Shown here piece after piece: positions 7,650 through 14,805 of a stretch of 16,572 nucleotides of DNA. This DNA comes from a virus: the UHGV virus genome UHGV-1353571. The stretch is one strand, 5' to 3'. Position numbers and translations under genes: made by a program. The notes under the pieces were generated by a model. The model did not search any database. It was not told the origin of the DNA and was given only the letters and a program-made list of their open reading frames with translations. Within the stretch, counting starts at the first letter, position 1. Each line of letters begins with the position of its first letter.

Positions 7650-8111
7650 CTACTCCGCCAGGGTGATCACAACCATATTTAAGACTGTGTCGATAGCTCG
7701 GCCTGTTTCCTCTTCATGGAGGGTTTCGGCGCGGAGGTGCACGTCGGTGATGAAATTGTCGATGTGCATTGAAGTCAGATACGGGCGGTGTTGACTGACC
7801 GGGCGGTTGACCAGAACATAATTGCGCAATGTGTTGAAGTCCTGATGAGAGCACCCCGTTGTATCGATACGAAGGAAGCGTTCGTTGTGGCTTGTCTTCA
7901 ACTCAGTCACCTTGCCGAGGTAGACCAGAGGTCCATTGCGACCGATACGGAACATGACATCAACAACAGACTTGAAGATTTCGCGTTCAATCAGTGCGGT
8001 GGGTGACCAGCAGATCTCTTCTTTGTCGTCGGCGTACAGGGTGTCAATCACCAGAGGGAGTTGAATGTAACCGAAGTTGTGCAGTGGGTTGGTGAGTACT
8101 TTGTTTGTCAT
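7650..8111 (-). CDS. Hypothetical protein (153 aa); possible GIY-YIG-type nuclease (DenA/endonuclease II-like)
   Basis: ORF-track ORF. The segment VDVMFRIGRNGPLVYLGKVTEL...ERFLR loosely resembles the GIY-(x10)-YIG motif of T4 endonuclease II (VIYAIAINDELVYIGKT). In T4, denA lies next to nrdB. Weak, memory-based similarity. Confidence 0.5.
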   Translation of the reverse strand: MTNKVLTNPLHNFGYIQLPLVIDTLYADDKEEICWSPTALIEREIFKSVVDVMFRIGRNGPLVYLGKVTELKTSHNERFLRIDTTGCSHQDFNTLRNYVLVNRPVSQHRPYLTSMHIDNFITDVHLRAETLHEEETGRAIDTVLNMVVITLAE

Positions 8112-8187
8112 GATATAGTTCCCGCTTTCAATTTGTGGCGAATGCCAATGAATTACTGGGAAGTATAAGCGCAGGGATTATAGAAGT

Positions 8188-8210
8188 AAAGCCCCTCAAT
8201 GAGGGGCTTT
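8188..8210 (-). terminator. Strong GC-rich hairpin terminator after the nrdH-like gene (bidirectional-looking)
   Basis: Seen in sequence: AAAGCCCCTC-AAT-GAGGGGCTTT, a perfect 10-bp stem flanked by A and T runs, beginning 6 nt after the nrdH-like stop. Confidence 0.55.
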
Positions 8211-8216
8211 AGCTTG

Positions 8217-8443
8217 TCAGCGTTTAAGGCTGGCGGCGAGTCCATTAACGTCGGTCACGGTCTGGTCAGCGAGGACGATTACAGGCATCGACACGCGCGG
8301 CTTACCCGTCAACTGCTGAAGTTCTTCCAGCCGGTAATCTTTGTCCAGCTTGAGGATCTTGTGTTCCAGCCCTTTTCATTTTGCACAGTATTTTCGGCTG
8401 TTACACACTGAGCGCAACCTTGTTTGGAATAGATCGTAATCAT
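8217..8443 (-). pseudogene. nrdH: NrdH/glutaredoxin-like redoxin gene interrupted by a 1-nt frameshift
   Basis: Minus strand: AGGTGA Shine-Dalgarno, then ATG at 8443 giving MITIYSKQGCAQCVTAENTVQNEKGW... (CxxC active site like NrdH MRITIYTRNDCVQC). That frame stops 20 codons later; the -1 frame continues (K)GLEHKILKLDKDYRLEELQQLTGKPRVSMPVIVLADQTVTDVNGLAASLKR to a stop at 8217..8219. The span is 227 nt, not a multiple of 3. The frames switch at a homopolymer run (minus-sense AAAAGGG, plus 8370..8376). Confidence 0.6.
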
Positions 8444-8452
8444 TTCTCACCT

Positions 8453-9556
8453 TTAAGCGAATTTGAGGCCATCGGATACCGAACCAGTCAGTACACCCAT
8501 CAGATAATCAGGAGCTTCCGCTTCCTGCAACGCGTACTGCATTGCCTTATTATCTAGCCAGTCATTAATCCATGGGACTGGGTTCTCCTTGCGAGGTTCA
8601 CCGGGATATGGATGCCCGATAGCGCCCATCCGGTGGGTTGCCAGCCAGTCTACCATCTGATGAAGGATCTTGGCGTTCAGTCCCAGGATGGAACCGTCTT
8701 TGAATAGGTAGTTCGCCCACTCCTTCTCTTGATGAACTACGTCCAGGAACATCTGGGTCATCTCACCACGCAGTTCCTCACGGATGATTGCAAAGTCGGG
8801 GTCCATACCAGGCAGGCGGTTTAGCAGCGTCTGGGTCAGGATCAGGTGATCCTGCTCATCACGGGCGATCTGTCGAATGATTTTGGCATTGCCTTCCATC
8901 TTCTTCTGGAACTGTGTGAATGCCCAAGAGCATGCAAAGGACACGTAGAAGCGGATGCCTTCCAGTGTGTTGGCAGCAAACAGAGCACTCCAGAATGCGC
9001 GTTTGGCATTCATCAGATCTTCTCGGGTGAAGATGCGTCCGGCCATACGCATGCCACTGTACTGTACCATGTCATCGTAGTACACACTGATCTGGTGAGC
9101 GCAGTCCACGATCTCTACAACATCCAGTACGTGGTCAAACACGATACCTGGATCGTTCACAGTGTTGCGCAAAATGTGGGTATACGATAAAGAGTGAATG
9201 GCTTCCTGGCGCGTCCATTCAAGGACAGCAAACTGCATTTCAGGGGTAGACGCCCATGGACCAAACGCCTCGAACGGAGCCGCACCCTGGATAGAGTCCA
9301 GCATGGTCTGGCGCTTCAGGTTGCTGAAGTAGACATGTTTCTCTGCTTCGTTCAGAGTAGCGAAGTCTGCCTTGTCCTTGGTGATGTCCACCTCTTCAGG
9401 ACGCCAGAACTGGCTGAGACCTTTCTCATACCACTTCTGTACGAATGGCCAGGCCACGACATCGTAACGCTGGATGCTCACTGGGTCACCGAAGAACGGT
9501 AGACCAGTGTTGTCCGAGCTTGGGTCGAATACGGAGAATTGTTTCTGTTCGCTCAT
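8453..9556 (-). CDS. nrdB: Ribonucleotide reductase class Ia small (beta) subunit
   Basis: 367-aa ORF with an R2-family composition, uninterrupted (no intron). AGGAAAG Shine-Dalgarno upstream of the ATG at 9556. Immediately downstream of nrdA. Confidence 0.9.
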   Translation of the reverse strand: MSEQKQFSVFDPSSDNTGLPFFGDPVSIQRYDVVAWPFVQKWYEKGLSQFWRPEEVDITKDKADFATLNEAEKHVYFSNLKRQTMLDSIQGAAPFEAFGPWASTPEMQFAVLEWTRQEAIHSLSYTHILRNTVNDPGIVFDHVLDVVEIVDCAHQISVYYDDMVQYSGMRMAGRIFTREDLMNAKRAFWSALFAANTLEGIRFYVSFACSWAFTQFQKKMEGNAKIIRQIARDEQDHLILTQTLLNRLPGMDPDFAIIREELRGEMTQMFLDVVHQEKEWANYLFKDGSILGLNAKILHQMVDWLATHRMGAIGHPYPGEPRKENPVPWINDWLDNKAMQYALQEAEAPDYLMGVLTGSVSDGLKFA

Positions 9557-9575
9557 GTTTCTTTCCTGATTAATA

Positions 9576-9595
9576 AGGGGTGATCTCTCACCCCT
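9576..9595 (-). promoter_or_regulatory. Intercistronic hairpin between nrdA and nrdB
   Basis: Seen in sequence: AGGGGTGA-TCTC-TCACCCCT, a perfect 8-bp stem with a 4-nt loop, about 20 nt upstream of the nrdB Shine-Dalgarno. Candidate attenuator or processing site. Confidence 0.4.
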
Positions 9596-9626
9596 GATGA
9601 TATAACGGTAGTAGGTTTAGACCAAT

Positions 9627-11909
9627 TTATACAACACAGCTGTCACACTGAGTTTCCTCAGCCTGCTTCAGCTCTTCGTCTTCCTTGGCGTCCTTGTTTG
9701 TGTTGTAATACAGAGTCTTGCCACCCCACATATAGAACGACAGGATATCCTGCATCATCTTGGCGCGAGGGATCTTGCTGTCAGGGTACTTCTCTGGGTC
9801 ATACCACGTGTTGGTACTGATGGACTGGTCAACCCAGCGCTGGATGACAGCAGCGGTCTTCAGGTACTCAATACAGTCCAGGTCCCACTTGAGGTCATAC
9901 ATCGGTCCAAGGGTCTCAACGTCCGGGACGACCTGCTTATAAGTGCCGTCCTTGCTACCCTTGATGCTCACCAAGCCCTTCGGTGGCTCAATGCCGTTCG
10001 TTGCGTTGAGGACCTGTGAGGAGCTTTCGGTAGGGGCTACTGCCAGCAGGGTGGCGTTGCGGATACCATAGGTCTTCAGATTATCCTTCAACCCATCCCA
10101 ATCCAGCCCGTATGCCATCCCTTCTGGCTTCTTGCCATTTGGTAGGATATCAAGTGGAAGCGGCTGAAGGTCGGCGGTGACCTGCCCATTATTGTGGATG
10201 GTTCTGCGTTTACACGCCCCGAACTTCATAGCCAGACGGTTGGACGCCTTGACCAGATAGAAGTGCAGGTGTGCCATCCACGCATCCAGCATTTCAAGAC
10301 CAGCTGGTGAGCCATAGCCCGTGAAGTTCTTGGCCAGGAAGTGAGCCACGTTCACGATACCAACGCCCAGAGGACGATAGTCTTCAACAGCTTTACGAGC
10401 CTGAATCGCTGGATAGTCCTGATATTCCAACAGCATGTCCAGCGCAGACACCAACACGAACGCCACGTCTTCCATTTCGGTCGGGTCTTCGAATGCTGTC
10501 AGGTTGAAGGAAGCCAGGGTGCACAGAGCCACGCGCCCGTTTTCATCGTTGTACTGCTCAAACTCACGGGTCGGCAGGGCGATTTCTAAACAAAGATTTG
10601 AAGAATAAATCGTGTCTAGGTTGAATGGACTGTACTCATTCATGTGATCGACAAACGCGATGTAGATGCGGCCTGTGTCTGAACGCTGGTCTAACAGCAT
10701 CTGGAACACCTCTTCTGCCTGCAACTTCTTAGCACGAACCAAACCGGCATCAGCGGCCTTGATCATGTTCTCATACAGAGTACGGAACTTGTCAACGTCA
10801 GCGAAGTATGCTTCATACATTTCGCGGTTGTCTTTCGGGTCGAACAGATACAGAGGCTGCTTGGCAACCAGGCGTTCAAACATCACGCGGTTGATCTGAA
10901 TGCCATAGTCGATACGGCGTTCGCGGTTTTCTTCAGTACCACGGTTGTTCTTCAGAACAACAACGTCATCGAACTGGTAATGCCACAGAGGGATGTACGC
11001 TGTTGCTGCACCACCACGAATGCCGCCCTGAGAGCACGATTTGAGTGCCCCAGTGAGATACTTGATGAACGGGATCAGGCCTGTGTGAACCATCTCTCCG
11101 CCGCGAATAGGACTACCAATCCCACGGATTGCCCCGACATCGAAGCCGATACCCGCACGTTTGGACACATAGTCAACGATGGTCTTGGCTGTTGCGTTGA
11201 TAGAGTTCAGGGTGTCATCAGTCTTGATTAACACGCAGGAACTAAACTGACGAGTAGGAGTACGAACACCTGCCATAATCGGGGTGGGAAGACTGAACTT
11301 GCCTGTGCTGGCATATTCATAGAACTTTTTCACCATCTCCAGGCGGCTGTCTTTGTCCCAGTTAGAGAACAACGCCATGGCGATGCCCATGTACATGACC
11401 TGTGGGGTTTCGTAGAAGATCTTGCTGTCTTTCTTGGAACGGTCGCGCAGCAGATACTTCTCTGTCAGCTGGCCCATGGCCGCCCACGTGAAGTTCTTAT
11501 CGCGTTTGTGGTTAATGACATCGTTCAGCTCGTTGAACTCTTCGGTCGTGTAGAGATCAAGGAACTCACGATCGTACACGCGCTGTTTGATGTTCTTGAC
11601 GAAGATATCCAGCAGGTGAGGCGGCTTGTACTGGCCATAGACAGCCTTGCGCAGATCATATGACTTCAGACGAGCAGCCACATACTGGTAATTGGGTTTG
11701 TCTACAGAGATCAGCGAAGCCGCAGCCTGGATGAGGATATCCTGAATGCGATCTGTTCTCATGTTGTCGGTGAACTGAATCTTCGATGCAGCGATCACCT
11801 CTGACATTGATACACCAGTCAGTCCGTCACATGCGCGGTCTACGACTTCGTGTGGTTTCTCAATATCAAAGGGGACAGAAGATCCGTCACGTTTTATAAC
11901 GTTAATCAT
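9627..11909 (-). CDS. nrdA: Ribonucleotide reductase class Ia large (alpha) subunit
   Basis: 760-aa ORF with an N-terminal ATP-cone-like segment (MINVIKRDGSSVPFDIEK...) and a C-terminal Cys pair (CDSCVV) typical of NrdA. GAGGAA Shine-Dalgarno 5 nt upstream of the ATG. Confidence 0.92.
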   Translation of the reverse strand: MINVIKRDGSSVPFDIEKPHEVVDRACDGLTGVSMSEVIAASKIQFTDNMRTDRIQDILIQAAASLISVDKPNYQYVAARLKSYDLRKAVYGQYKPPHLLDIFVKNIKQRVYDREFLDLYTTEEFNELNDVINHKRDKNFTWAAMGQLTEKYLLRDRSKKDSKIFYETPQVMYMGIAMALFSNWDKDSRLEMVKKFYEYASTGKFSLPTPIMAGVRTPTRQFSSCVLIKTDDTLNSINATAKTIVDYVSKRAGIGFDVGAIRGIGSPIRGGEMVHTGLIPFIKYLTGALKSCSQGGIRGGAATAYIPLWHYQFDDVVVLKNNRGTEENRERRIDYGIQINRVMFERLVAKQPLYLFDPKDNREMYEAYFADVDKFRTLYENMIKAADAGLVRAKKLQAEEVFQMLLDQRSDTGRIYIAFVDHMNEYSPFNLDTIYSSNLCLEIALPTREFEQYNDENGRVALCTLASFNLTAFEDPTEMEDVAFVLVSALDMLLEYQDYPAIQARKAVEDYRPLGVGIVNVAHFLAKNFTGYGSPAGLEMLDAWMAHLHFYLVKASNRLAMKFGACKRRTIHNNGQVTADLQPLPLDILPNGKKPEGMAYGLDWDGLKDNLKTYGIRNATLLAVAPTESSSQVLNATNGIEPPKGLVSIKGSKDGTYKQVVPDVETLGPMYDLKWDLDCIEYLKTAAVIQRWVDQSISTNTWYDPEKYPDSKIPRAKMMQDILSFYMWGGKTLYYNTNKDAKEDEELKQAEETQCDSCVV

Positions 11910-11946
11910 GGTGTTCCTCGGGTTTGTTTACGCAGGTTTTATTATA

Positions 11947-11973
11947 CGCCGCCCTCGTAGATTGAAGGCGGCG
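11947..11973 (-). promoter_or_regulatory. GC-rich hairpin between phoH and nrdA
   Basis: Seen in sequence: CGCCGCC at 11947..11953 pairs with GGCGGCG at 11967..11973 (7 bp, 13-nt loop), 18 nt after the phoH stop. In minus sense it is followed by UAUAAUAAAA (TATAAT-like). Candidate terminator/attenuator plus promoter region for nrdA. Confidence 0.35.
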
Positions 11974-11992
11974 GGGAGGGTTGGCGAGTTAC

Positions 11993-12835
11993 TTAAATGT
12001 CGTACAGATCGTTGACTTCCAGCATCAGGCGGGTGAAGTCGCCGCGCCCGTTGCGGTCAGACTTGTCGAACTCGATGATACTGAACGGTTGAACCCATTC
12101 AGGGTACTCATCACCGACGCCAACACCATCGATCTTCAGGGTTCCGGCCTCCAGCTTGGCGTTGAAGTCGCGGAAGGAACTGACGTACTTTTCAAGGGCG
12201 CTGTCGCGCAGGCGCTTGTTGGACTGTTTGATGTCACCGTTGACGAAGATGTAAGTCGAGTCGGATGCGCGGGTCAGTAGGTTCTTCAGCTGCTCCATAT
12301 CACATTCCTGCGCTTCTTCAATGATCAGGAAGGTGTCGTCGAAGGTCATTCCCTTGATGGTCTCCAGATCCTGGATCTCAATGATCCGCTTCTCCCACAG
12401 ATAGTTGAAGAAACCGTCGCTACCTGTGTCAGTCTTCAGCACCTTCTTCAGCGTCTGAATCAGGGGCATCAGATATGGCATCAGTTTTTCGTATGTGTCG
12501 CCAGGGCGGAAGCCTGCAGTCTGGCCTGTTGGCAGCGGAGAGCGCGTGATGACGATCTTGCTGACCACTTTATCGATCAGGAGCTTGGCGGCGGCTGAGG
12601 CACCACAGTACGATTTACCTGTGCCTGCCGGACCGATTGCGATGGTGAGGTTTTCTTCAAGAGCAGATTGATACGCGAGGTTCTGATTTTCTGAGAGGCC
12701 ATGGAACGGAGCGATTCTGAAGTCACCTTTAGAGAACTTCATCCAGTCATCTTCTTTCTGAATTGTCTCTTTCTTACGTGCTGACTTGGTCTTGCCCGCT
12801 GGCTTCTTACTTACAACTTTGGTGGCAGATTGCAT
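11993..12835 (-). CDS. phoH: PhoH-like ATPase
   Basis: Walker A GPAGTGKSY and Walker-B-like IIEEAQ in a 280-aa ORF, with a Lys-rich N-terminal extension. AGGAAGG Shine-Dalgarno upstream of the ATG at 12835. Confidence 0.8.
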   Translation of the reverse strand: MQSATKVVSKKPAGKTKSARKKETIQKEDDWMKFSKGDFRIAPFHGLSENQNLAYQSALEENLTIAIGPAGTGKSYCGASAAAKLLIDKVVSKIVITRSPLPTGQTAGFRPGDTYEKLMPYLMPLIQTLKKVLKTDTGSDGFFNYLWEKRIIEIQDLETIKGMTFDDTFLIIEEAQECDMEQLKNLLTRASDSTYIFVNGDIKQSNKRLRDSALEKYVSSFRDFNAKLEAGTLKIDGVGVGDEYPEWVQPFSIIEFDKSDRNGRGDFTRLMLEVNDLYDI

Positions 12836-12914
12836 GGGAACCTTCCTATATCTCAGGGTGTCATCACCTCTAATTAAGGTGACAACCCCAGCATACCTGA
12901 GGATTGGATAAAGA

Positions 12915-12934
12915 AAAGGCCGTTTCCGGCCTTT
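12915..12934 (-). terminator. Intrinsic terminator after the endolysin gene
   Basis: Seen in sequence: AAAGGCCG / CGGCCTTT stem with a GAAA (GNRA) loop in minus sense, followed by a U-rich tract, starting 4 nt after the endolysin stop at 12938..12940. Confidence 0.6.
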
Positions 12935-12937
12935 GAG

Positions 12938-13732
12938 TTAACTGAAACTCTTGTATGCTGCTGCGAGCTTCTTGTCGTACTGGTTCTTGGCATACGCCGG
13001 ACCATTATAGCGCCGTGCAAATTCAGACCAGTTCTTGTCCTTCAGAGCCTGCCAGAGCTTGGCGTCAGCCTTGATGAACTTCACGAATGCCATCAAATGA
13101 GCACGTTCTCCTGTCAGGAAGTCGTTGAACATCTCCTTGGCGTTGGCATATCCACAGACCTGGCAGTTGAATCCCATGATCTGGAAGAGACCGTAAGAGG
13201 CGCTCTCGTACGCACAATCCTCATCAATGTTGATGGCCGCATGAAGTCGATCCAACTCCGCGTCGCCTCCCGTGTACCCGCCTGCGGAAGGACTGACCAA
13301 CGTCGGGTACATATGTCCCATGGCATTCGCCCGAGCCTGTCCGAACTTCGCCATCAGCTTTTTATACATGATGTGGCGCTCAAATAATGTCTTGATCTTA
13401 CCTGATTTGGTGAAGCCCGTGCCGCGCGACTCAACCTGATTCACCGCCTTGACAGAGGCAAGGTCAACACCAAGATCGTTAGCAGCATCAATCAGGTCTG
13501 ACTCAGTTAGATGATCCTGATGGGCGTCTCCGGCGTTGCGAATAGCATAGGAGGTCTTCGGACCCACGATACCATCAATGACAAGCCCCGCACCCGCCTG
13601 AACAGTCTTGACGGCGTTCTCTGTTGCCTTGCCAAAGATACCATCAGCGACGAGGGTGAAGCCGATTTTGTTGAGGCTATCCTGAAGTGCCTTCACTTCA
13701 GTGCCACGGTTGCCAAGTTTTAGAATGGCCAT
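12938..13732 (-). CDS. Endolysin: N-terminal peptidoglycan-binding domain plus C-terminal N-acetylmuramidase-like domain
   Basis: The N-terminus LKLGNRGTEVKALQDSLNKIGF...DGIFGKATENAVKTVQ fits the PG_binding_1 repeat pattern. The C-terminal region (...YESASYGLFQIMGFN...) resembles the phage muramidase family seen in modular Gram-negative phage endolysins. The preferred start is ATG at 13732 (MAILKLG...) with GGAGGT about 8 nt upstream, not the ORF-track start at 13750. Confidence 0.75.
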   Translation of the reverse strand: MAILKLGNRGTEVKALQDSLNKIGFTLVADGIFGKATENAVKTVQAGAGLVIDGIVGPKTSYAIRNAGDAHQDHLTESDLIDAANDLGVDLASVKAVNQVESRGTGFTKSGKIKTLFERHIMYKKLMAKFGQARANAMGHMYPTLVSPSAGGYTGGDAELDRLHAAINIDEDCAYESASYGLFQIMGFNCQVCGYANAKEMFNDFLTGERAHLMAFVKFIKADAKLWQALKDKNWSEFARRYNGPAYAKNQYDKKLAAAYKSFS

Positions 13733-13736
13733 AAGA

Positions 13737-13767
13737 AAATACCTCCACAATGAATGCAGAGGTATTT
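13737..13767 (-). promoter_or_regulatory. Hairpin sequestering the endolysin Shine-Dalgarno; overlaps a late-promoter-like TTTAAATA box
   Basis: Seen in sequence: 13737..13745 (AAATACCTC) and 13759..13767 (GAGGTATTT) form a perfect 9-bp stem with a 13-nt loop. In the minus-sense mRNA the 3' arm is GAGGUAUUU, which contains the Shine-Dalgarno, 4 nt before the AUG. Minus-sense TTTAAATA (plus 13763..13770) overlaps the 5' arm. Confidence 0.45.
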
Positions 13768-13916
13768 AAAGTGAAAGTGAACTACTCGAGGAGCTGGGGG
13801 AGACTTTGTTCTGAATGTGTCAGCAACCCAGAGAGCGCCTAAAGAGGATTGAATGACTGTGATCTCCTCCCAAGACCTGATAGGGGGAGTTGCCTCCCCT
13901 ATGTTACACGTCTGGA

Positions 13917-14405
13917 TTAGGCCAGTTTGCTCACCAGAGCTTCAACTGCGTCGGCGCTCAGTTTACCCATTTTGACGTACTGAGCTTTTGCTTCGCCGCC
14001 AACAGCTTTCACGATGTCGGTGTTGTCATATCCCTTCTTAGGGAAGACCATCACAGAGAAGGAACCGTTGTTCAGCGGGTTCAGCTGGATGCGACCTTTA
14101 CCGACTACGATGGTGCCGTAAGTTTCGGTGTTTGCTTCGACAATGTGGATGTCGTGACCCAGGTTTTTCAGCATACCAACTTTGTCGGCAGTCTTAGCAA
14201 CCACAGCTTTGTCAACCACAACCTGCTCTACCAGGGTGAAGCCGTTTGTCGATTTCACTTTACCGTTCAGCAGGTTCATGAAGGAAGTTTTACCACCAGT
14301 GAAGCCAGCTGCCTGAGCGATGCGGAACATTTCAACTTTAGCAACTTCGGTGTTCAGTTCGAAAGAGATGGTGCCGTTGGTGATCAGAGTTTTGGTAGTA
14401 GCCAT
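13917..14405 (-). CDS. Hypothetical Ala/Val/Lys/Gly-rich protein (162 aa), probably highly expressed; possible virion or internal protein
   Basis: Preferred start ATG at 14405 (MATTKTLITNG...) with GAGGAA Shine-Dalgarno. Own upstream AT-rich promoter region and downstream hairpin (13883..13900). The antisense ORF 13890..14528 has an implausible composition. Function unknown. Confidence 0.65.
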   Translation of the reverse strand: MATTKTLITNGTISFELNTEVAKVEMFRIAQAAGFTGGKTSFMNLLNGKVKSTNGFTLVEQVVVDKAVVAKTADKVGMLKNLGHDIHIVEANTETYGTIVVGKGRIQLNPLNNGSFSVMVFPKKGYDNTDIVKAVGGEAKAQYVKMGKLSADAVEALVSKLA

Positions 14406-14478
14406 GATGTAATTCCTCATAATGTAGTTGGTGCGTTTCACTTTTCATTCGGCGGTGTGTTGTCGCCCTATGTGAACT

Positions 14479-14507
14479 ATAATAGTGCATCATTATTGAA
14501 GAGTAAA
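14479..14507 (-). promoter_or_regulatory. Sigma70-like promoter candidate for the 162-aa gene
   Basis: Minus-sense TTTACT, 17-nt spacer, TATTAT, about 75 nt upstream of the ATG at 14405, within an AT-rich block containing TTTTAAAA palindromes (14521..14550). Pattern match only. Confidence 0.3.
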
Positions 14508-14549
14508 GTCTTTTTCAATAATTTTTAAAATATTTTGAAGTATTTTAAA

Positions 14550-14570
14550 AGGCCTCATTCGACGAGGCCT
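14550..14570 (-). terminator. Intrinsic terminator after the primase operon
   Basis: Seen in sequence: AGGCCTC / GAGGCCT, a 7-bp stem with a 7-nt loop, followed in minus sense by UUUUAAAAUA. It lies about 30 nt after the stop of the 68-aa gene at 14599. Confidence 0.5.
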
Positions 14571-14598
14571 GGAGGGAGGTGATGTGAAGTAAAAAGTT

Positions 14599-14805
14599 TT
14601 AGCTCGGGCGAAATCTTACAAACTCGCGAGCCAATTCGGCCTGTTCATCACTGATTGGTTCCCCATGGAAGTCCACCTGACCATTCTTCCAGCCGTGGAT
14701 GAAACTCGGGGACTCTTCCCCAGATAGGACATACCCCTCACGAGATTTCAAGTACCCCCGCACGATCTCTCCGTCGTCCAGTTTGTTCAGTTCTTCTAAC
14801 GTCAT
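14599..14805 (-). CDS. Hypothetical protein (68 aa), translationally coupled to the primase gene
   Basis: Its ATG at 14805..14803 overlaps the primase TGA at 14804..14802 (ATGA). No family recognised. Confidence 0.55.
   Translation of the reverse strand: MTLEELNKLDDGEIVRGYLKSREGYVLSGEESPSFIHGWKNGQVDFHGEPISDEQAELAREFVRFRPS

Noticed and set aside
8112-8187. TATAAT hexamer in minus sense (around plus 8176..8181) as a sigma70 promoter for the 153-aa gene
   Set aside because: No acceptable -35 hexamer at 16 to 18 nt spacing; the upstream sequence is the terminator hairpin. Left as an unproven -10-like element.
8199-8411. Plus-strand 70-aa ORF
   Set aside because: Antisense shadow of the nrdH-like locus. 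The minus strand carries the Shine-Dalgarno, the CxxC motif and the terminator.
8846-11231. Plus-strand ORFs inside nrdB and nrdA (8846..9190, 9194..9502, 9760..9942, 10341..10589, 10666..10899, 10980..11231)
   Set aside because: Antisense to long, well-supported ribonucleotide reductase genes; odd composition and no ribosome-binding sites.
13890-14528. Plus-strand 212-aa ORF
   Set aside because: Phe/His/Val-rich, implausible composition and no Shine-Dalgarno. The opposite-strand 162-aa gene has GAGGAA plus ATG and protein-like composition.
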